DNA of 64,000 nt from the human T2T-CHM13v2.0 reference genome, Homo sapiens: assembly GCF_009914755.1 (NCBI RefSeq), contig NC_060933.1; one strand, written 5' to 3'. Each line of letters begins with the position of its first letter. Positions within the stretch are counted from its first letter, which is position 1. The notes under the pieces are model-generated. The model was given only the letters and a program-made list of their open reading frames with translations, did not search any database and was not told where the DNA came from. Below, piece by piece: positions 15,871 to 31,041 of the stretch. The translations under genes were made by a program, and so were the position numbers.

Positions 15871-15880
15871 GATTTAAATC

Positions 15881-16286
<406 letters not shown>

Positions 16287-17769
16287 TTAAAGACTTGAAT
16301 GCTTTCTGAAGCAAAGGTCAATGATATAAATGCAATGAAACCAAAAAAGAAAAAAAAAAGGCTGTGAACAGACCACTTATGCTTATCCATAGATTTGAAA
16401 TGAAAGAACCAAAACCCACAGCTTCATAACTGGAGAATAAATGTGGAGAACTGGATTTTAAATAGAAATCAGACATCTGTACTATGAGATCAGCTAACAA
16501 TTTAAGATAAAATTTGTTTATCTGGTCTTAATGACATGTTGCTAGTAAAGTACCAAGATAGCACAAAAATTATATCAGAAAAAAAAGAATATAGAATTAT
16601 TCATAAACGAAGCATAAGCATTGTGGAGCTACGCTGCATTAAGTGTAACTATGCATATACTACACATTTCTTAAATTATCCCAAAAGGGATTCTCAGATT
16701 TTCTTGTGGTAGTAATGCTCAGTTATAGAACTTACATACTCATGGGTGTGAACAACTCCTGCAAGGTTTTAACACTTTAGAAAAAAGCATTTTTTAAGTG
16801 TATATAAATAAAAACATATTTTACAACACTAATAGTCATTACTTTTTCAAAAGAAAATTCACTGGTGTATCATCTCAAGATATGGTACATATCTATGTCA
16901 CATGAATACAAGCCAAATTACCTTTTTAAAGACTCTGTTTAAGATGAGTGGGTGGAGAAGCTTCAGAATTTCCATTATTTTACAGTCACATTGATTAGGT
17001 GGGATGGGTATAATACAGGAAAGGAGTATCAGAGTTTATGGAAAAAACCAGCCCGAGGAAACAGAGTTTGGTTCATATTCCAGCTCTACTAGTGACTAGC
17101 TGGCACAAAGTATTCATTCTATCTTGGCCTCTGTATTCTCATTTGTTAAGTGAAGACAATTATACCAACCTTTGTAGTATATTAAAAATTGCATACACAA
17201 TGCATTTAGCACAGTGTCTGGCACATACTCAGTACTCAAAAATGAAAGCAACTATGAACATGATGACAGTGATCCTAGATCTTAAATATTTTCTGAGAAT
17301 TCTAAGGAAAGTAGGTTAGAATTCCCAGTTGGCAAAGACAGGGAAGACTAAGTTACTTACTTTTAAAATTTAAAATTTGTAAGTAATTTAAAATTTTAGA
17401 ATTCTGTTAATAAAACTAAAAAAAAGCAAAACATTAAAGGATAATTACTAGTTTGTAGCAAAAATATGGCTAGAAAAAGAGAGCACATTATAAACACATG
17501 GTAGAAACAGTTTTGGGGGAAAAAATTTTAATCGAGAAGAGAAAGGATCTGCAAAATCCTACATTAGGTGGGATCAAAGCCAGCTGGACCTGACTTGCTT
17601 TTCTACCAACTAGTTAATGATTTATTTCTAAATTGTTAAATGTCTTGGCATGTTTTTTGTTATCAAGAAAGTCTATTTTCTTCCTAAGATTTACAAGATA
17701 TAAAGTACGTGTGTATGTATATTTTTAGGTATCACATTATCAATTTTAACTCAAGCAGTTACAGAATAA

Positions 17770-18115
<346 letters not shown>

Positions 18116-18828
18116 TAATTCATTTGTGGTCATTTGGGAACTTTTGCTTTTCCCCTTTCCTTCTTCCTCAGACATTACACATGTTGACACTCTGACATGA
18201 AGACAATAAGAAACACAATTAAGAGATAATGAAATGTATCAATTTTCTTCTTCCTCCACTTTTAAAAATGAACTTAAAAATAACATTTTAAGCTATTTTT
18301 AAATAACTAAAAAACAATTTACTTTGGGAAGAGACTGAAACTAGTAATTAAAAGTCTGAAATCAGTAATACCAAACTGCTGATTATAAACTCGCTCAATA
18401 TATTAAAATCGAACTTTAAAAGGTAGCTAGAAAAAGTTTTTCCAACTACAAAAAGGTTTTATATGGAAAAATAAAATAAAACGTTATTAAAAATTCTTAA
18501 TTTCATGTCTGGGTCATGATTTTGTAGAGGTAAGAAAATAATAGTTTCTCCTCTTGTTAAAAGAAACTTAATAATTGGACTTTCTGGCAAAAGATTATCT
18601 GAATTTAGTGTTCCTCTGTCTTTCCACAGTTATGGAAAAGATCATTATGCAATAAGCGAGGCTTCTGGAGGAAAAAAAGGATAGCTTTATTGTTGAAAAC
18701 ATTGGGCTATTATGCTAAACATTCCTTGTATTTTTGAGGGCAAATAGTCTAAAATATGTTTAGAGGAAATCCATATTCAGACAGAAATTCTTGTCGTTGT
18801 TTTTTTTTTTTTTTTTTTTTTTTTTTTT

Positions 18829-19227
18829 CAGAGACAGAGGACAGTTTATTCCTCCAAACAAAAGCAGTAGCTAGAGTAGAGTATCAGCATTTACACCATG
18901 TCCCCAAACCTCAATTCCCAACGGTCATGCAACGAGGGCCAGTGATGCCTGCATATGAGGTGGGTTGTTACAGAAGAAGAACCCCAAACTCAGAGAATCC
19001 AAATCTTTTATAATGGACAGTGAGCTTACCTGATCTTTGCCCAGGAGGGAGACTTTATTTTTATTATATTGGACAGTGGCAAATCTGTTCTTTACTCCAG
19101 AGGAAGATATTAGCTCTATTTTCCAAGGCAGTTTGCTATGCAAATATCCTTGAATAAATAGTCCAGAACAAGGCAGTGCCTCTGCTTGCAAAAGCACAAG
19201 AGATCTTTAGAGAATTGTCTTGAAACA
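18829..19227 (-). mobile_element. Old LTR (LTR47/LTR40-like, ERVL class) ending at its poly(A) site, followed by a poly(A) tail
   Basis: Minus strand starts TGTTTCAAGACAATTCTC, has a TATAAAA box, then AATAAA (18845-18850) and 29 A (18800-18828) 16 nt later. Family name from memory. Confidence 0.65.
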
Positions 19228-19245
19228 ATAACCACCTCTCAATGA

Positions 19246-19612
<367 letters not shown>

Positions 19613-19690
19613 CAGTCATGATGATTAATCTGAACAACAGAGCCAAATCCTGCCTGAGACACATTTTAAATAAACTTTTATTGGAACACA

Positions 19691-20309
<619 letters not shown>

Positions 20310-21729
20310 TTACGTATTGTCTATGGCTATTTTCACTCTTTAATGGTACAGTTCAGTATACCTTGACCATCCGCCCATTGCTGAGTAGCCTTTTTTGCTA
20401 TTATTTTTAACTGACAAATAACAATTGTACATATTTATGGGGTACAGTGTGGTATGTCAATACAAAGCCTATATGTATACTTTCATATCTGTTAACCAAC
20501 CTTTGGCTATCTTCCCCTCCCACCTTTTCTACCTTTAATAACCACTATTCTACTTTCTACTTCTATGAGATCAACATTTTTAGTTCCCACATAAGTAGGA
20601 ACATGCAGTATTTCTGCATCTGTCTGACTTCACTTAAGATAATGTTCTTCAAGTTCATCCATTGTGCCATGAATGATAGAATTTCATTCTTTTTTATGGC
20701 TAACTAGTGTTCCATTGCACACATTTTCTTTAGCCACTCTTCTGGTGATGGACACAGAGGTTGATTCTGTATCTTGGCTATTGTGAAGTGCTGCAATAAA
20801 CACGGGCATGCAAATATCTCTTTGGCATACTAACTTCCTTTCCTATAGATATACACCCAGTAGAGGGATTGTTGGATCATATGATAGTTCTATTTTTAGT
20901 TTTCTGAGGAACTTCCATACTGTTTTTCATAATGGCTGTGCTAATTTACATTTCCACTAGAACAGTGTATAAGAGTCCCCTTTTCTCTGCATCTTTGCCA
21001 GCATGTATTCTTTGCCTTTTTGATAACAGACATTCTAATGGGGGTGAGATGACATCTCATTGTAGTTTTGATTTGTACTTCTCTGATGATTAGTGATGTT
21101 GAGTACTTTTCATTTGTATGTTTTTGTTTGAGAAATGTTAATTCAGCTCCTTTGCCCATTTTTAAAATTATTTGTTTACTGGTTGTTGAGGTGTTTGAAG
21201 ATATCTGGATATTAGTCTCTTTCAGATGAATAGTTTGCAAATATCTTCTCCCATTCTGCATATTGTCTTTTCACTCTGTTGATTGCTGCCTTTGCTGTGC
21301 AAACGTTTTTTAACTGGATCCGATCCCATTTGTCTATTTTTGCTTTTATTGTCTGTGCTGATGAGGTCTTCACAAAATCTCTGCCCAGAGCACTGCCCTG
21401 AAACATTTCTTCTATGTTTTCTGCCAGTAGTTTCATAGTTTTCAGTCTTGCATTTAGTTCTTTAGTCAATTTGGAAACGATTTTTGTATATGGTGAGAGA
21501 TAAAGGTCTAGTTTCATTTTTCTGCATATGGATATCCAGTTTCCCCAGCACCACTTATTGAAGAGACTGTCCCATTCTCAATGAATGTTTTTGGCACCTC
21601 TGAGAATCAAGTGGCTGTAAGTATGTGGATTCATTTCTAAATTCTTTATTCCATTCCATTAGTCTATGTGTCTGTTTTTATGCCAGTACCATGTTGTTTT
21701 GGTTACTAAAGTTTTGTAGTATATTTTGA

Positions 21730-22118
<389 letters not shown>

Positions 22119-22220
22119 CTGTATTTTCTATTTCTGTGAAGAATGCCATAGATATTTTGATAGGGATAGCATTAAATCTGTAGATCACTTTTGGTAGTAT
22201 GGTTATTTTCACAATATTAA

Positions 22221-22520
<300 letters not shown>

Positions 22521-24777
22521 GAACCCAGACCACAATATGAATTCTTTCAACCCATAAACATAGAATATCTTTTAATTTTTTAAATGTCCTAATCAATTTC
22601 CTTTCATCAGTGTTTTATAGTTTTCCTTGTAGAAATCTTTCATATTCTTGGATAAATTTATTCCTAAGTGTTTTTTTTTTTTTTGGAGCTATTTTAAATA
22701 GGATTGGTTTTTTAAATTTCTTTTTCCACTATTTCACTGTTGCTGTGTAAAAACAGCACTGATTTTTTATGTTGATTTTGTGTCCTCCAACTTTACTGAA
22801 TTCATTTATCAGTTCTAAGAGCTTTTTGGTGGAGCTTTTAGGGTTTTCTATATAAAAGATCATGTCATCTGCAAACAGACAATTTGATTTCCTCCTTTCC
22901 AATTTGGATGCCCTTTATTTCTTTCTCTTGCCTAATTGCTCTGGCTAGGACTTCTGGTATTATGTTGAATAGGAGTGGTGAAAGTGGGCATCCTTGTCTT
23001 TTTCCAGTTCTTAGGGGAAAGGCATTCACCTTTTCCCCACTCTGTATGATGCTGGCTGTTGGTTTGTCATATTGGCCTTTATTATTCTGAGGTACGTTTC
23101 TTCTGTCTATTTTTTGAGTGTTTTTATCACGAAGGAATGTTGAATTTTATCAAATGCTTTTTCTGCATCCACTGAGATGATCATGTGGTTACTGTCCTTC
23201 ATTCTGTTGATTGATGTATCACGTTTATTGATTTGCATGTGTTGAACCACCCTTGCATCCCTAGTATAAATCCCACTTGATCATGGTGTATTTTCTTTTT
23301 AATGTGTTGTTGGATTTGGTTTGCAAGTATTCTGTTGGGGATTTATGAGCCTATGTTATTCAGGGATATGGGCCTGTAGTTTTCTTTTTTGTGTTGTGTC
23401 CTTGTCTGGTTTTGGTATCAGGGTGATGCTAGCCTTACAGAATGAGTTAGGGAGAATTCCCTTCTCTTTGATTTTTTGGAATAGTTTCAGGAGGATTAGT
23501 ATTAGTTCTTCTTCATATGTTTGGTAGAATTTGGCTATGAATGCAACCAGTGGGCTTTTCTTTATTGGGAGGCTTTTTATTGCTGATTCAATCTCATTAC
23601 CTGTTACTGGGCTGTCCAGGTTTTCCATTTCTTCCTGATTCAGTCTTGGTAGCTTGCATGTTTCCATACAAGCAGAATTTATCCATTTTCACTAGGTTTT
23701 CAGATTTCTTGGCATACAGTTGTTTGTAATAGCCTCTAATGATCCTTTGTATTTCTGTGGCATCAGTTGTAATGTCCTCTTTTTCATTTCTGATTTTATT
23801 TCTTTAGGTTTTTTCTCTTTTTTTCTTGGTTAGTCTAGCTGATGGTTTCTCAATTTTGTTTATCTTTTCAAAGCCAACTTTTTATTTAGCTGATTTCTTG
23901 TATTGCTTTTTAGTCTCAATTTTAAAATTTTTGCCCTAATCTTTATTATGTCTTTCCTTCTGCTAATTTTGAGTTTTGTTTTTTCTGGCTTTTCTAGTTC
24001 CTTAAGCTGGATCATTAGGTTGTTTATTTGAAATTTTGCTAGTTTTTTAATACAAGTGTTTATTGCTATAAAGTTTCCTTTTGATACTGTGTTTGCTCTA
24101 TCCCATAGCATGGTATGGGATGTTGCGTTTCTATTTTCATTTGCTCCAAGAAATTTTAAAATTTCCTCATTGATCCAGTGGTCATTCAGGAGTATATTAA
24201 TTTTTGTGTATTTGTATAGCTTTCCAAAGTTCCTCTAATTGTTGATTTCTAGTTTGATTCCATTACAGTCAGAAAAGATACCTGATATAATATTAATTCT
24301 TTTAAATTTGTTAAGACTTGTGTTGTAGTCTAACATGTGGTCTATCCTGGAGAATGTTCTATGTGCTATTGAAAAGAAAGGATGTACATTTTGTAGCTTT
24401 TGGATTAAATGTTCTGTCAACGTCTGTTAGGTCCATTTGGTCTCAAGTGCAGTTTAAATCAAATGTTTCCTTGTTGATTTTCTGTCTAGATGATATGTCC
24501 AATGTTGAGACGTTAGATATTGGGTGTTGAAATCTGCAACTATTATTGTATTGGAGTCTAACTCTCACTTTAGATCTAATAATATGTGCATATGTGGGTG
24601 CTCCAGTGTTGGGTGCATATATATTTACAATTATTATATCCTTTTGCTAAATTAATTCCTTTATCACTATATAATGACCTTTTTTGTCTCTTTTTACAGT
24701 TTTTGACTTAAAGTTTGTTTTATCTGACTTAGGCATAGCTATTTCTGCTCACTTTTGGTTTCCATATGTGTGGAATA

Positions 24778-24779
<2 letters not shown>

Positions 24780-24819
<40 letters not shown>

Positions 24820-24917
24820 AGACGGAGTCTCGCTGTCGCCCAGGCTGGAGTGCAGTGGCGCAATCTCGGCTCACTGCAGGCTCCGCCCCCTGGGGTTCAC
24901 GCCATTCTCCTGCCTCA
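24780..24917 (-). mobile_element. 5'-truncated young AluY (AluYe-type), ~100 bp plus 39-nt pure tail
   Basis: TSD GGAATATCTTTTT (24772-24784, 24918-24930). Diagnostics GAACCCCAGGGGGCGGAGCCTGCAG and GACAGCGAGAC. Confidence 0.85.
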
Positions 24918-26288
24918 GGAATATCTTTTTCCATAACTTTACTTTCAGTCTGTGTATGTCTTTACAAGTGAAGACAATTTCTTGTAGGCAGCATATAGTT
25001 AGGCCATATCTTTTTATCCATTCAGCCAGTCCATATCTTTTAAGTGGGGGATTTAATCTGTTTATACTCAAGGTTATTACTGATAGGTAAGGACTTACTG
25101 CTGACATTTTGTTAATTGTTTTCTGGTTGCTTTGTATATCCTTATTTCCTTTGTTCTGCCTTTATTGTTTATCATTGATGTTTGGTGGTTTTTTTGAAGT
25201 GATAAGGTTTGATTCTCTTCTCTTTCTCCTTTGTCCATCTTTTCTAACAGTGAATGTTACACTTTTGTGTTTTTTCATAATAGTGATTATTGTCCTTTCA
25301 CTTACAGATGTAGGACTCCCTTGAGCATTTCATGTAAGGCTGTTCTAGTGGTGATGAATTCCCTCAGTTTTTGCTTATCTGGGAAAGACTTTATTCCTCC
25401 CTTATTTCTGAAGGATAGCTTTTCTGGGTATAGTATTCTTGGTTCACTTTTTTTTTCCTTTTAGCAACTTGAATATATCAACCCATTCTTTCCTGGCCTG
25501 TAAGATTTCTGCAGAGAAATCTGCTGTTAGGTTAATGAAGACTCCCTTATACATGACTTGACACTTTTCTCTTGTTGTGTTTAGAATTCTCTCTTTGTAT
25601 ATGACTTTGAATAATCTGACTATTAAGTACCTTGGATGGGACCTTTTTGTGTGAAATCTATTTGGGGACCACTGAGCTTCCTGAAACTGGATTTCCAAAT
25701 TTCTCCACACGCTTGGGAATTTTTTAGCTATTATTTCATTAAATAGGTTTTCTATGCCTTTTCCCTTCCCTAGAACTCTCACAATACAAATACTTGTTCA
25801 CTTAATGGTGTCCCATAAGTCTTGTAAGCTTTCTTTACTCTTTTTCATTCATATTTCTCTCTCTTTTTTTTTTCCTCTGACTAGGTAATTTCGAATGACC
25901 TATCTTCAAGTTCAGGGATTCTTTTGCTGGATTCTTTCTTTTGTTGAATCTCTCTGTTGTATTTTTTAATTTAATTCACTGAATTCTTCAGTTGCAGGAT
26001 TTCTGGTTGGTTCTTTTTTTTATGATTTCTATCTCTGTTGAATTTGTCATTCACATCATAAATCCTTTTCTGATTGACTGAACTATCTGTATTTCCTTGT
26101 ATATCATTCAATTTCTTAAAAAATCATAATTTTGAATTCCTTTTCTGGCAATTAGTTGATTTCCTTTTCATGCAGGTCTGCCACTAGAAAGTGACGTTCC
26201 TTTGGTGGCAACCTATTTCCATGCTCTTTCATATTTCTGGTGTCCCTGTGTTGATGTCTGTGCACCTGGTGGAACAATCATCTCTTCC

Positions 26289-26581
26289 TTTTTTTTGAGA
26301 TGAAGTCTCCATCTGTCACCTGTGCTGGAGTACAGTGGCATGATCTTGGCTCACTGCAACCTCTGTCTCCCAAGTTCAAGCGATTCTCTTGCCTCAGCTT
26401 CATGAGAAGCTGGAATTAACACGTGTATGTCACCACACCTGGCTAATTTTTTTGGTATTTTTGTAGAGATGGGATTTCGTCATATTGGCCAGGCTGGTCT
26501 TGAACTCCTGACCTCAAGTAATCCACCCATCTTGGCCTCCCAAAGTGCTGGGATTACAGGCTTGAGCCACCGCGTCCAGCC
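26289..26581 (-). mobile_element. AluS inside old L1
   Basis: Full-length Alu. Confidence 0.88.
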
Positions 26582-27047
26582 TACCTCTTCCTAACTTTCT
26601 AGAGTGGCTTCCATAGATAAGGACTTTCATCTGCAGTTGGGTTTTAGTTTGCTGGTTGAAAAGGTGGTGGTGACTCTGTTTCCAATTGGGTGCAGTGGTA
26701 TAGTCTTCATGAAGATTCTTCATCTTTATTCAATGTCAGCAATAACTGTAAGCATCTCAGTGGCATAGGCTGTACACATTTGTGACAGTGGTGGCCAGAA
26801 ATTCATAATACTCAAAAAGAGTACTGCTTAAGTGCAAAAATATTTTGTGATAACTGATCTTATCAAAATAAAATTCAAAAATTTAAAAACTCAGAAGTAA
26901 AACTTAAAGGCATAAAAATCAAATGTGACACATTTCCAGAGCCACAACTTGCAACAGTTAACTTAATTCAACTAGGACAGTGATTTTTCACTTCCTTCAC
27001 TGTTTTTTTTAAAACAGAAAAAATACAAGCATAAAAATGGTGCTCCA

Positions 27048-27840
27048 CACCTCTGCCCAGCCGCGACCCCGTCTGGGAACTGAGGAGCGCCTCCGCCCGG
27101 CCGCCCCATCTGAGAAGTGAGGAGCCCGTCCGCCCGGCAGCCGCCCCGTCTGGGAGGTGGGGGGGCGCCCCCGCCCGGCAGCCGCCCCGTCTGGGGGGTG
27201 GGGGGGCCCCTCTGCCCGGCCGCCACGTCTGGGAAGTGAGGAGCCCCTCTGCCCGGCCGCCACCCCGTCTGGGAGGTGTACCCAACAGCTCATTGAGAAT
27301 GGGCCATGATGACCATGGGGGTTTTGTCCAATAGAAAAGGGTGAAATGTGGGGAAAAGAGAGATCAGATTGTTATTGTGTCTGTGTAGAAAGAAGTAGAC
27401 ATAGGAGACTCCATTTCTGTACTAAGAAAAATTCTGCCTTGGGATGCTGTTAATCTATAACCTTACCCCCAACCCCATGCTCTCTGAAACATGTGCTGTG
27501 TCAACTCAGGGTTAAATGGATTAAGGGTGGTGCAAGATGTGCTTTGTTAAACAGATGCTTGAAGGCAGCATGCTCGTTAAGAGTCATCACCACTCCCTAA
27601 TGTCAAGTACCCAGGGACACAAACACTGTGGAAGGCCGCAGGGTCCTCTGCCTAGGAAAACCAGAGACCTTTGTTCACATGTTTATCTGCTGACCTTCTC
27701 TCCACTATCGTCCTATGACCCTGCCAAATTCCCCCTCTCGAGAAACACCCAAGAATGATCAATAAATACTAAAAAAAGTTTAAAAAAAAAGAGAGAAGAA
27801 ATTTTAAAGAATAAAGTATGTATTCTGCTTTAAAAAAAAA
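27048..27840 (+). mobile_element. 5'-truncated SVA (older, SVA_B-like) with VNTR, SINE-R and short 3' transduction
   Basis: GC-rich VNTR units (gccccgtctgggaggtg), SINE-R, AATAAA 27761-27766. Perfect TSD AAAAATGGTGCTCCA (27033-27047, 27841-27855). Confidence 0.93.
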
Positions 27841-27855
27841 AAAAATGGTGCTCCA

Positions 27856-28134
27856 GGCCGGGCGTGGTGGCTCATGCCTGTAATCTCGGCACTTTGGGAG
27901 GCCGAGGTGGGTAGATTATGAGGTCAGGAGTTCAAGACCAGCTTGGCCAAGATGGTGTTACCCCATCTCTACTAAAAATACAAAAATTAGCTGGGCATGG
28001 TGGTGGGTGCCTGTAATCCCAGCTACTCAGGAGGCTGAGGCAGAGAATTGCTTGAACCCGGGAGGCAGAAGTTGCAGTGAGCCGAGATCGCACCATTGCA
28101 CTCCAGCCAGGGCAACAGGGCAAGACTCTGTCTC

Positions 28135-28162
<28 letters not shown>
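27856..28162 (+). mobile_element. AluS directly abutting the SVA 3' TSD
   Basis: GGCCGGGCG start at 27856, poly(A) to 28162. Confidence 0.9.
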
Positions 28163-28165
<3 letters not shown>

Positions 28166-28344
28166 CTACATTATTTGATAGTTTCTGCACTTCATAAGTC
28201 ATTTTGAAAAAAGAAAATGTAGAGACAAAATATAGGGTCTAGGTATCTTGCCAAGAAGTTGCTTCTCAAATATGTTAATATTTGTATTCTTTTGTAACCA
28301 TTGTAAAAGAGATGTTTAGTGAAAGGGTAAATTTTTTTTTAACC

Positions 28345-28635
28345 TTTTTCTTTTTTTGAGACAGGGTCTCACTGTCACCCAGACTGAAGTGCAGTGATGC
28401 GATCACAGCTCACTGCAGCCTTGACCTACTGAGCTCAAATAATCATCCTGCCTCAGCCCCTCTGAGTTGCTAGGACTATAGGTGCACGCTGCCACACGTG
28501 GCTAATGTTTTGATTTTGTAGAAACAGGGTCTCACTATGTTACCCACGTTGGTCTTTAACTCCCGGCTTCAAGTGATTCTCCCACATTGGCCTCCCAAAG
28601 TGCTAGGATCACAGGCATGGGCCACCACACCCAGC
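28345..28635 (-). mobile_element. AluJ
   Basis: Alu consensus, J-type. Confidence 0.85.
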
Positions 28636-29164
28636 TGAAAAAGTAATTATTAATACCTAATTTTTGTATTTGCTGTATTCCAAAAATTAACTTGTAGTGC
28701 CTATAATTTAGAACTCATTTTCTCAGAGAAACGATTGCATAAATGGTGGCTTAGTTTCCAGATCAGCAAACAAAAACCTGCTTAAATTGAAACATTACTG
28801 ACAGGGTTGAAGCCTAAGTCCTTTATACCCAAGTTCTAAGTCTTTGAGGTTTGAACCCTATAGGGGGTAGAGTAGTCAGTAGGCAATATTTGGGCATGAT
28901 CAATTTTACTGGGCAATGCCTATTTTCCAACAGGGTGGTAACAATTTATACTCCCATCAGCAACAGAATAATGGTCTCACTGTTCTATATTCTCGCCAAT
29001 ACTTGACGCTATCAGCTTTTACATTTTTGCCAATCTGGCAGCTTGAAGTAGCATCACAACATGGTTTTAAATTGCATTCTTCTGATTAGTAATGAGATGG
29101 AACATCTTTTCACCCTTACTGGCCATTTGAGTTTCCTCTTTTATGAGGAATCTGCCCAAGTATT

Positions 29165-29325
29165 TTTTGTTTGTTTTTAGAGATGGGGTCTCACTGTGTC
29201 TCCCAAGCTGGAATACAGTGGCACAATCATAGCTCTCTGCAGCCTCGAACTCCTGGGCTCGAGCAAGCCTTCTGCCTCAGTATCCTGAGTAGCTTGGGCT
29301 TAGGTGTGCACCACCATGCCCAGCT
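29165..29325 (-). mobile_element. Alu monomer (FRAM/AluJ right arm)
   Basis: TSD CCAAGTATTTTT. Confidence 0.75.
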
Positions 29326-29570
29326 TGTCCAAGTATTTTTGACATTGACTTGTAAAAATTCTTTATATACTTCTGTAAAAGTAATCATCTGTCAGTTTCA
29401 TATGCTGTAATTATCTTCTCTCAGTTTGTGGCTTGTCTTTTCATTTCATTTATAAAGTCTCTTGACAAACAGAAGTTTTCACTTTTAATCCAGTTGAATG
29501 TATAAATATTTCCCATATGTTTTTTATATTTTGGAGAGTATTTTAGTGAAATAGTTAAGAGTAGGAACCC

Positions 29571-29880
<310 letters not shown>

Positions 29881-31041
29881 TAGGAACTCTGGAGCTAGAA
29901 TACCTAGATTAAAATCCTGGCCACTAGTCATATGACCTTAAATAAATTACTTAATCTCTTTATGCCTCAGCTCCTCATTTGTCTAACAGAGGACCTATCT
30001 CACAGGTTTGTTAAGATTAACTTAGTTAATATGTGGTAAGCACATATATAGAACAGTGCCTGACTCAGAGTAAAAACTACCTAAGTGTTGCTATTATTTT
30101 AGTATTATTGTTGAAGAAATCCCTCTCTACCCCAATATCATTAAGTTTTACATTTTGTCTTTCACATTTAGGTCTTTGATCTACCTGAAATTTATTTTTG
30201 CATAACATATAAGTGAAAGGTTCAAACTCATTTTCTTCCTAATAGATAGCCAAAACTCTAGTACGATTCATTGATAAATCCACCCTTTATGCCCCTAAGC
30301 TTTAGTACCTCCTCTGCCATATATCAAATGTCTTTATACATATGATTTACTTCTGGGCTTTCTTTTTTATCTATTTGTTTATCCTGAACCAATACCACCC
30401 TGTCTAGATTACTATAGCTTTACCTCTCTCCAATGTTTCTGTATAAAAACTTTGGAAAATATAGATAAATCAAAAGAATGGTATTCTGGATATCTGTGTA
30501 TATATTTTGCTTTACATACTACCCCCTAACTCCTGTTCCCAATTTATACCACTTCAGCCACAATGACTTTGCTGTTGCTCAAATACATCAGGCATCTTCC
30601 TGCATCAGGGACTCTACTTGCTGTTCTCTCTATTGGCAATACTTTTCCACAGGGGATCCGCATGGCATGCTCTATTACTTCTTTTTGTTCCTTATTCTAA
30701 TGTCATATTCTCAACATATCTTGCCTAGCCACACTATCTGAAATTGTAATATTTCTTACTATTTAATATACCATAAATTTTATTTTCTTGTTTATTATCT
30801 CTCTTCCCATCTAGAATGTCAGTTCTGTGGAATCAGGGGGGTTTTATGTGTTTTTTCCTCTGCTATATTCCCAGTGCCTAGCACAGTGCCTGGCATGTGA
30901 TAGGCATGCAAACTTTGTTTAATGATTGCATAATCTGGCTCCAAAGTCTATGTGTGCTTTCTTCATTAACTCTTGATGACTTCTAAGCGCAATATTTATT
31001 TTCATTTCAGTCCATTTAATATTTTCCATGTACTTAATCTT

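Noticed and set aside
26968-27293. Gly/Arg/Pro-rich ORFs and apparent CpG-island promoter
   Set aside because: Explained by the SVA VNTR.
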